Virus record (IMG/VR): IMGVR_UViG_3300037296_000406
Source of the DNA: an uncultured virus (IMG/VR IMGVR_UViG_3300037296_000406)
Lineage: Duplodnaviria > Heunggongvirae > Uroviricota > Caudoviricetes
DNA: 64,000 nucleotides
Reading direction: 5' to 3' (one strand)
The notes under the pieces are model-generated. The model had not been told where the DNA came from, searched no databases, and saw nothing but the letters and a program-made list of their open reading frames with translations. Position 1 is the stretch's first letter, and the number at the start of each line of letters is the position of its first letter. Both the position numbers and the translations under genes were made by a program. Shown here one piece after another: positions 37,004-46,000 of the stretch.

Positions 37004-39730
37004 TTAAAAAATTTCATTTTTCATAAGATATCTAACAGAAGAGTCTATTTTCTTATAGTATTTAATATCTTTCCCATTATTCCTTGGAGTTTGACCAAAG
37101 TTTCCTTCATCAATTATATTAATTGGCTTCCAGTTGTATTTAATAAAATTAACTTTAGGATTGGATGCCCAAGGACTATCTATTCCTAGAGTATTTGCAT
37201 CACTTATTTTAGCACAAGACCTTTGTTCTTCTTTTAGTGGTAAATTATTGATACCTATATCACCACCTCTTCCGTTCATTGCTGTTCCAGATAAGTTGGT
37301 AAAGTCATAAATAAAGACAACACCTTCTCCTTGTTGTGTCCCATTTGTACCTGAGCCTAAGTTAAAATCTACTAAATTCTTTTCTTTTTCTTCGGTTGTA
37401 AAATCTACTAAACAATTTCCCGCAGAACATTGAACTAATTCTGTTCCAAATTCTGGCTTTCTCTCAAAGTTAACAAACTCCCATCGAATTAGTTTACTGC
37501 TAGGATCTTCTGGGATATAAACATCATCACATAAATTATCATTATCATCATAACCAATATTACTAGCCAAATGTTCAGCTTTTTCAATAGAGAAATATTC
37601 GGGACATGATTTTCCTAAACCAATATATCTAATTCTCCAATCAGATTCTTCAGGAACTGTATAATATCTCTCATCAATCCCCGGAGATGTTAAATTAGCA
37701 TTGACAGATGCTAAATCATAATATCCATGCCCTTGAGAACCACTAACACAGCCTTCTGTAGCCGATGAAGGACATTTTAAATCCGAAGGAGGCTTAATTG
37801 ATGGACCTGATGTAGGACTTAGTTGAGTTACAATTATTTTATCAAAAATAGCTCCGTGTTCTGGAATCAATGTTTTTAATTCGATAACACTGTTTTGACT
37901 ATTTGCTCTAAAAACAAAATCAATTGACTTACTCTCAAATCTGTTTGATGGGTTGATATCAATTTTTTTAACAAGAATAGGCTCTTTAATTTCAGGAACA
38001 ACTAGACCTGATTCGTAGACCATATCCGCAGGTTCATATCCATAAAACCATTTTCCTGAAACGAAGTCTGGTGATATTGATTCAACTTGTGTTGAGCTAA
38101 AACAGTTTTTTCCATTCTCATAGTCTTCTTGACATTTTTGCCATGAAAAAGTTAAAGTATCGAATCTCCAGTAAAAACCATCTATAAATTTTGTTTCTGG
38201 AGCTGGAGCAGATGCAATTGATGGTTGAATAAAATCTTGATATGCCATCAAAGATATTTTTTCATTTAATGTTGAAGTAAAGTTACCAAAATCATCTTCA
38301 CAATCTCTTTTTAAAAAGCTTTCTTTTAGCCCGTATGATTGAGGAAAGGCTCTCACTGTTACTTCACAAGTGCCACCAGACTCTAAATTATTAACGCCAC
38401 ATGTTTGATTAATGATTGAAAATGATGAAGTGTCTCCTGATATGTATACTACTGAACAATTAATTGCATCTCTAGAATCTTTATTCTTTATAGTAAAAGT
38501 TTTACTTTCAGAAGACAAAGGAATTTTTAAAAATCCAAAGTCGTATGGAGCACTATCTATAGTTAAAAAAACAGGTTTAATACTACCATTTTCAAATATA
38601 TTTTCAGAATATAGAGCTGTTGTTTTACTAATATCTGAAAAGACTGAAACTTTTCCACTATCGACATTTAAATTGTTTTCATCTTTTCGCCATACAGCTT
38701 GTACTCTATAATCATTCCCCGGAGTTGTGCTAATAACTTGTTGAGCTGAAGCTATTTGTGAAAAATCTTCAAGGTCAGGTAATAATTTAATAGATTCAGT
38801 ATCATCCCAAACGGCTGAGTTACTAGACCAACCTGCTATATTAAAATAAAATTCTCCATTCTGTATTATATCAAAGGGTTCTTGAACTCCATCTATATAA
38901 CTTAAATTATTACAAATAAATTTTCTATAAGCAGGGTCGTTTTGGTTTTCATTATATTCTTGCTCTGGTAAAGTTAATATTCTTACTTCTTTTTTTAGGT
39001 CAGAGGTATCGAAAGAACCTTCTATTTGAGTTGGGAAAGTGTATTTTACTCTGTATGTACACTCTACTTTAACTGTCTTACTTAGACAAACATTAATATA
39101 ACCAAGACCTAAACATCTATTTTTACCTTTAATTCTAGATACAATTACCGATGGATTATTTGTGTCTTCAATTTCTGTATATCCGTCATCACACTGAAAC
39201 TTATCAAATAAGTTATCTACATCGAAGGATACGCAATCTTCTTTAGGCAGGTTAGGCTCTAAAAACCTAGCTTCGTCAAATGATGTTTTAAGTTCTGATC
39301 CGAAAGCTCCTAAATCTTCTTTTTCGTACTCTTCATAACAAAGTTTACTACTATTTTTTCCATCAACACCAGAGTAGCCATTAAGGTTAATTTCTATATT
39401 ATTTAAAAAATCACCTAAAATTAAAAAATCACCCGCATTATTATCATCATTATTTGGAGTTAAATTCACAGTCAAATTTTTGCCCACAATACTATTATTC
39501 TCAACAGAAAGTCTTAGGCTTCTAGGTCCACCATTTTCATTAACTTTTACAATAATATCATCAGGGTTATTTTGACCGACATCAATACTAGTGTAATATA
39601 GTTTATCTACTTGCCTCTCGGGTAAAAAATCGGGATTACAAGAGCTTTCATTACAATCAATAATTTTTGTTCCTGCGATAGAAACAGGTATTGTAATTAA
39701 GAATAAGATCAAATAGACAATATTACGCAT
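37004..39730 (-). CDS. Secreted frame protein, paralog A (908 aa)
   Basis: Signal peptide; CBM-like and Ig-like (YDFG...TFTIKN...LESGGTCEVTVRAFP) inserts; ends KKIDSSVRYLMKNEIF. Confidence 0.88.
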   Translation of the reverse strand: MRNIVYLILFLITIPVSIAGTKIIDCNESSCNPDFLPERQVDKLYYTSIDVGQNNPDDIIVKVNENGGPRSLRLSVENNSIVGKNLTVNLTPNNDDNNAGDFLILGDFLNNIEINLNGYSGVDGKNSSKLCYEEYEKEDLGAFGSELKTSFDEARFLEPNLPKEDCVSFDVDNLFDKFQCDDGYTEIEDTNNPSVIVSRIKGKNRCLGLGYINVCLSKTVKVECTYRVKYTFPTQIEGSFDTSDLKKEVRILTLPEQEYNENQNDPAYRKFICNNLSYIDGVQEPFDIIQNGEFYFNIAGWSSNSAVWDDTESIKLLPDLEDFSQIASAQQVISTTPGNDYRVQAVWRKDENNLNVDSGKVSVFSDISKTTALYSENIFENGSIKPVFLTIDSAPYDFGFLKIPLSSESKTFTIKNKDSRDAINCSVVYISGDTSSFSIINQTCGVNNLESGGTCEVTVRAFPQSYGLKESFLKRDCEDDFGNFTSTLNEKISLMAYQDFIQPSIASAPAPETKFIDGFYWRFDTLTFSWQKCQEDYENGKNCFSSTQVESISPDFVSGKWFYGYEPADMVYESGLVVPEIKEPILVKKIDINPSNRFESKSIDFVFRANSQNSVIELKTLIPEHGAIFDKIIVTQLSPTSGPSIKPPSDLKCPSSATEGCVSGSQGHGYYDLASVNANLTSPGIDERYYTVPEESDWRIRYIGLGKSCPEYFSIEKAEHLASNIGYDDNDNLCDDVYIPEDPSSKLIRWEFVNFERKPEFGTELVQCSAGNCLVDFTTEEKEKNLVDFNLGSGTNGTQQGEGVVFIYDFTNLSGTAMNGRGGDIGINNLPLKEEQRSCAKISDANTLGIDSPWASNPKVNFIKYNWKPINIIDEGNFGQTPRNNGKDIKYYKKIDSSVRYLMKNEIF

Positions 39731-39769
39731 ATATATTATAAATGGATTTAATAACGTTTAATTTGATGA

Positions 39770-41983
39770 TTAATAAGAGGGTCCTTTGGATTTTTCTATA
39801 TAGCCATCTTCTTCAATAACAGAAGATTCTGTATTATTCCATATTGGGTATTCTTGTTGATTTCTTATTTTTTCTGTATTATCTTGCTTTATTTCAAGAT
39901 AACGTTCTTCAAGAGATTTTACTTTATAATTTTTAAGTTCAATTACTTCGACTTCTCCTGATCCTCTAAGAATACTTTTATCATCTGTATTGTATTTTTC
40001 TATTTTATCTTTATTCTTTTTTCTTAAAACTTTATTTAGTTCTTCTTGTATTTTAATCTTTTGTCTAAACTCTTCTTTTTCTTTATCTAATTTTAATTTC
40101 ATTTCTTTTTTCTTAATTTCTTCAATTTTAATTTTATAATCATTGTAAAAATTACTATAATCAGATGTTTCTGTATCCTTATCTAACGACTGCTCCATTA
40201 AAGAATTGATTTTATCTTTAGTCTCTTTTACAACTGAAGATGTATCTCGTAATTTTATCTTAAATTTAGGAACTATACTTTTAGGTAATTCTTTTTTTAC
40301 TAATTCTACATCTTTTTTTACAATTATAATTTTATTTTTTTTACTATTTTTAATTTCCATTAAAGTTCGACCATCTGCCATTACTTTCGCTTGTTCAGCT
40401 CTTAGCTTATTAGCTCTTAACCTGCTTAACTTATTTTTAATAGCTTTCTCTTCTTTCTTTAAATTTTTATTTTTTGCTTTAATTATTATTTTTTTAAAAA
40501 CAGCTTTCTCTTTTCTCAATATATTCATTGCTTTTTTTTCATTTAAAGATTTTGTTGAATATACAGTTATCTTATTTTTATCGAGATCTTTTCCATATTT
40601 TTTCTTAATTTTCTTTGCTACTTTGTCTATAGAACTTCTTCTCATTCTTAAAAGTCTTTTAGCCCAATGAAATTCTTTAACAGCTTTCTCTTTTGTTATT
40701 TCTTTTTTTTCATATAAATCTATAAAATAATCAACACTGCGTAATGTTTCTTTAATTCGCATTTCTCTTGATTTTAAATACTTTATATCTTTAATATCTA
40801 GTTCAGTTCTATTTACAAACTTTTCATTTATTAATGCCTTACTAACAGTAACTTCATTTGGTAAATCTTTTTTAACTTCTTTCTTTCGAACTTCTTCAAT
40901 AGTATAAAATGGCAAAACTGAATGTCCTTCTAAAGAATTTAGGTCTTTACCTTCTTTTTTATTTTCTTTATTAATAAAAGAAGATAATTCTTTTTTCAAT
41001 TTTTCTTTGTCTACCTCATCAATTGAGTTGTTTTTTCTAATAATAACATCCGATTCAATTAAAGATTCTACACGTTCAACATCACTTTCGACATCCATAT
41101 AATCAAAAGAGCTTTCTCTAATTTCTTTTTTAGATGTTGTTTCATATGTTTGAACCTTTGAATATTTTTTATTTTTATCATCTTTAGAGAAAATATTAAA
41201 ATCACTAATTAGCGAAACAAAAACCCTTACGTTATTTTCCTCTCTTTGATTTCCGATTCCACTTCCCATCCCTAATCTAGTTTTTAATGAATAAAGATCT
41301 AAAGTAAAATGATTTAATAGTTCTGTAGATTTTCTATTTATCATAGAATCATGTAATAATTCCGCGCCCCAAGTTAAATCATCGTTTATATAATAGGATA
41401 AACCTAAACCAAATTGGTCTCTTTCTGATTGGTTAATATCACGATAAATACTATTATCTAAAAAAATCTTTCCAACTGTATAATTTAAATTAAGTTTTTT
41501 ATTTAAAGATTTACCACCTACAATTCTACCACCGAACCCTCCTGAACGGGACCCAGAAGTAAATTCTCCGTTGCCCATTGATAATATATACACAGGAATA
41601 ATTGAAAAATAGTCAAAAATATTAATTTTAGCTTCTAAGTAAATATCACTAAATCCAGTATACTGATCAATATTAGACTTTGAATCTGTAATAGTAGAAA
41701 TGTATGGCGCAGATATTCCTAATTCTAAAAAACTATTTAAACCATACACTGCAGAAAAATCTAAGTCATTAATGCCACCTACTTTAGAATCTTCTTCTAC
41801 ATATGGATTAGAACCCAAAGAATAAGAAAAAGAAGTCTGTAGATACCCTTGCCTTAATATTTTATAGTCTGATATAGATTCATATGTAGACTTGTCAGAA
41901 TTTCTGAATTTAGATTGTATATCTAAAGCATAAACATTTTGTATTGTAAAAAGAGCTATTGCTAAGTATTTTAATTGATTCAT
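39770..41983 (-). CDS. Putative outer-membrane beta-barrel protein with long Lys-rich C-terminal region
   Basis: Signal peptide; ~250 aa of amphipathic strands (LELGISAPY, SDIYLEAKI, QFGLGLSYY) followed by charged helical sequence. Confidence 0.7.
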   Translation of the reverse strand: MNQLKYLAIALFTIQNVYALDIQSKFRNSDKSTYESISDYKILRQGYLQTSFSYSLGSNPYVEEDSKVGGINDLDFSAVYGLNSFLELGISAPYISTITDSKSNIDQYTGFSDIYLEAKINIFDYFSIIPVYILSMGNGEFTSGSRSGGFGGRIVGGKSLNKKLNLNYTVGKIFLDNSIYRDINQSERDQFGLGLSYYINDDLTWGAELLHDSMINRKSTELLNHFTLDLYSLKTRLGMGSGIGNQREENNVRVFVSLISDFNIFSKDDKNKKYSKVQTYETTSKKEIRESSFDYMDVESDVERVESLIESDVIIRKNNSIDEVDKEKLKKELSSFINKENKKEGKDLNSLEGHSVLPFYTIEEVRKKEVKKDLPNEVTVSKALINEKFVNRTELDIKDIKYLKSREMRIKETLRSVDYFIDLYEKKEITKEKAVKEFHWAKRLLRMRRSSIDKVAKKIKKKYGKDLDKNKITVYSTKSLNEKKAMNILRKEKAVFKKIIIKAKNKNLKKEEKAIKNKLSRLRANKLRAEQAKVMADGRTLMEIKNSKKNKIIIVKKDVELVKKELPKSIVPKFKIKLRDTSSVVKETKDKINSLMEQSLDKDTETSDYSNFYNDYKIKIEEIKKKEMKLKLDKEKEEFRQKIKIQEELNKVLRKKNKDKIEKYNTDDKSILRGSGEVEVIELKNYKVKSLEERYLEIKQDNTEKIRNQQEYPIWNNTESSVIEEDGYIEKSKGPSY

Positions 41984-42008
41984 ATTATTGCTATACCCTT
42001 TTTTTTAA

Positions 42009-43049
42009 TTATAATAAAGCTTTTTTCAAGTCTTCTTCATTATAATTTTTTCTATTGATCATATTGTTTATTTCAGCAATTAATTTTATTTTTAATTTTA
42101 AGTCTTTTACTGATCCTAATTTATTCAATGTCGCTAATACTAAAAGTATATTTCTACTCCCTTTAATAAAAGACTTTATAGCTAAATATTCTTCTTTTCT
42201 ATTTGATAAATTAGTACCATTTAAAATCTCTGATTCGGTTAACCCATGATCTTGTATCTTTAAGTTATATTTAATATTAATTTTTTCTTGTTTAGCTATT
42301 AAAAAATTATATATTCTTTTTGATTCGTTTGATTCATTATTTTTTATTCTACTTAAAAATGTGTTAACTTGAACATACCCATTTTCCCATAATAGCTGGT
42401 ATCTTTCATTATTATCTTGCTTCATTTCCATCAACAATCTTCTGTTAAATTTTTGACGGTCAGTCATATCTCCTCGTATTTTAACGGAAAGATAATTTGT
42501 AGATAGTCCTCTTTCTGATATTTCTTTTTCAATATCTTGGCGCTCTTTTAGCATATTTTTATAATTAGAACTAAATTTATTAAACTGTCTTGCAATATCA
42601 GGAGACGATGGTTTATCAACAATTGAATAATATTCTAAATTTTCAACAAGTTCCATCTTTAATGAAGTAGAAAAAGAACTACTTATATTCTCATTACTAG
42701 AATAATCTTGATTAAAACTTGTTAAATCTAGATAAAAAATTTTGTAGTCATCTTTGGATAAAATTGTTCCTAGAAAAAAAGAATCATTAATATCTTTTAG
42801 TATTACTGTTGTATGTTCTTTGATTTCTTTTATGGCTTTTCTTTTATTAGCTAAACTTTTTAAATCTTCTCGAGAAAGACGTTCAGCAAAATTTTGCTTT
42901 AATGCGCAATATGGACCAATGCCTGCGACGATTGATTCAGGATTTGTCAATCTTGTCGAACAGATAGGACACTCAATATATTCTTTTTTTAATTTCTCTT
43001 TCTTTTTTTCTATTTTTTCTTTTTTCTCTGAAAGTCTTCTAAATATCAT
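42009..43049 (-). CDS. DUF6011-like zinc-binding domain protein
   Basis: CPICSTRLTNPESIVAGIGPYC matches the CxxCxxxLTxPxSxxxGIGPxC pattern. Confidence 0.75.
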   Translation of the reverse strand: MIFRRLSEKKEKIEKKKEKLKKEYIECPICSTRLTNPESIVAGIGPYCALKQNFAERLSREDLKSLANKRKAIKEIKEHTTVILKDINDSFFLGTILSKDDYKIFYLDLTSFNQDYSSNENISSSFSTSLKMELVENLEYYSIVDKPSSPDIARQFNKFSSNYKNMLKERQDIEKEISERGLSTNYLSVKIRGDMTDRQKFNRRLLMEMKQDNNERYQLLWENGYVQVNTFLSRIKNNESNESKRIYNFLIAKQEKINIKYNLKIQDHGLTESEILNGTNLSNRKEEYLAIKSFIKGSRNILLVLATLNKLGSVKDLKLKIKLIAEINNMINRKNYNEEDLKKALL

Positions 43050-43058
43050 ATATCCTCT

Positions 43059-46000
43059 TTATTGTTTTAAGTATAAGTGTTTTTCATCTTCTTTACAAAC
43101 CCCTAGTGGTGCTCCTAATATTTGAGCATTGTAAGTTGAACTCTCTAATAATTCAATAGAATTAATATAAACATTTTCTGAATTATTATTGTTATTTATT
43201 CTAAGATATAATTCTGTTGCTTTAGCTCTAAAAACAAAAACGACATCGGTATTATTAAAATCTGTTCTATACTTATATTTTAAATTTATATTATCATAAA
43301 TAAGAGGCTCCTGTTGTGGAGAATCTTCTTTTATTATATTAACAATCTCATATATTTCACTTTCATTACTAGAGTTAATTAATTGTAAATTCATGTCGAT
43401 GTCTGTTTTTGCTACAGATAACGATTTCAAGTTAGTTACAATTTTGTATTTGTTTCCAATAGTCAATCCAGTTATTTTTGAACTTAATCCTTCTGGTAAT
43501 CCTGATGTACTTGAAAGTAACACTCTATTATTATCTCCATCGTAAGCAACTGGAGATATAAAGTATGGATTATCTGTGTTCCAAAAACTATTAACGACTG
43601 AAGCTCCCGTAAAATAACTGTTTTGTCCTAAAATATTATTTGGGATATCACTAAAAGATTCCACCGCCATAGGAACAAGTATTGGATTAACTGGCATTTG
43701 TGAAAAATAAGTTGGTAAAATATCAGAAGATTCATTCTTACAGTATAGAACACCTTCCATGTCATTTGAGAATATTTTTGTGTAATCTAATTCTGATTCT
43801 TTAGTATTTATAATAGAAGCGTTTATATTATATACACCAATTGGATTCATTCCAGAAAATCTTTCTTCTCTATCTTTTATATATACATCTAAAGGATTTA
43901 TATTAAATCCACTACCTATTAAGAACAATCCCTGCATTCCTGATTTTATAGTATTTATGTCCGTAAAATTAGTTTGAATGATTGAATTATGAACCATCGC
44001 TTTTGCTCCAGAAACAACACTTCCTGTATCTGTCTCTAATCCCATGAGAGTAACAATATTTTTCTCAAATACAGTATCTTCAGCACTTGTTTGAATACAA
44101 ATAAAGTTGTCTAAATAATAGTTAGAAGAATTGAGTACAATCTCTTCCAATCCATGGTCGTTGTAGTTACAATCTAATAAAGTTGAACCTATCTTCATAT
44201 CCTTTGTTAATACATTTATCATTGAGTTCTGTACTTCTTTTTCTGGTTTAATTCCTTCAATCATTATACTTCTTAATGTAGAATTATTTACCCTAAATAA
44301 ACCTTCGTTATTTTGATATTCTATAATAGTAGTCATGTCATTATTGTTTGACGAAATCGATGACTTATCTAGTTCTAAAGATGTTCCTGAACTAGATATT
44401 ACGATATCTACATTATTAGTTTCTATTATAATATTGTCTAATAACAACTCACTATTTTCAATTGCATTAATTAATATTATATTATCTGAATCACATCTTA
44501 CACTATTTTCAAAATTTTTGGCAATTATTTTGCTTCCGTTAGAGCTTGATAATTTTATTTGCCCTGAAATATTTAAGCAGTCATCTAGAACAATATCTTT
44601 TGTTATTAGGATCTCTTGTGATATACATTTTTTACCAAAAATAAATTCATTAGGGTTTGATTCATCAACCTCTAGTTTAGATTCATCATCAACCCAAGAA
44701 CAAAAAGGAACTATATTTCCTACAGGTTCACAAAGTTCTTTACTCTCTTTAGTTTTACATGAAGAAGATTTTGACAACTGGTCTAATAAAGACTCCTTAT
44801 CGAAGGAACCTTTTGGAAATGGATCTATACTATTCGGAATCCCATCTTTATCAGTATCTAGGAAGCTATTCGAGTCTAGAGGGTCTGTACCTTCAGTTCT
44901 TTCATAAATATCTAAAACTAAGTCTCCATCTGTATCAGCTAATTCTGGATTTGAACCAAAAACATATTCTTCATAATCTGTTAATCCGTCATTATCTCTA
45001 TCATAATTTTTATAGTAACAGTCAGAAAATCCACAATAATCAATCTCTCCAAAACCTACTGGTGCGTCTGCAGGTATAAATGTTGCATCATTAAAAAGAT
45101 TTGTTCTCGAAACGAATGGCAAGTCGTCGTCATCACAACTTTTCTTTTCATATCTATAAACAATATTACCAACTCTCTTAGAAACAAAATCTTCTAAATC
45201 GATAAGTTGGTTAAGGTTGCTTCCTGCAAAAGATGGAGAGTTAAATCTTGTTTTATACAATCCACCAAAGCAATTATCTTGTCTATCTCCATCAATATCA
45301 TTATCGTTAAAGTCTCCAATCCTATCACTATCAATATCAGAATCTTCATTTTCATTAAAAGGGAAATAATCTAAACCTTCTTCTTTTTGATAAAAACAAT
45401 TTATTACATCTACAGAACCATCTACGACTATAATTGGAACAAAAGTGGGGTCTGGTTCACAAGACATTGTATTTTCGTTATAAATTTCTCCAGCTTGACA
45501 AGGAGCTACCGGTCTTATATCTTCTAAAGTTAATGGATTATGAGAAGGTCCTACAATTAATCCGTCACTAACTCTAATACAAGTCAATACACCTTGGTCT
45601 ACAAAATCGTTATCAGAATCAGAATCTACGATATATCCACTTCTACCTAAACTTCCATACTCGTATTTAAAAATATTATCTTGATTATCATAATAGTAAG
45701 CCATGTTTGCAAAACTATCTCCATCGATGTCAAAGTATCTCCACTTTTCGTCTCTTACGTTATCTGATGGAAAATCATCCCAATTATCTGGTACTCCATC
45801 ATTATCGATGTCAAAGTCAGTTAAATTATCTGGTAAAGTATCTCCATCAATATCTTGCCATTCTTCACTATCCCATGGATACAAATCATTTCTTCCTGTA
45901 GATCCATTAGTTGAATAATCTTCATATTTACATTTTTGAACACTATAAGAGTTACAACTACTTTCTGCTTGTAAAATAATATTAGCACATGTTGTAGAAT

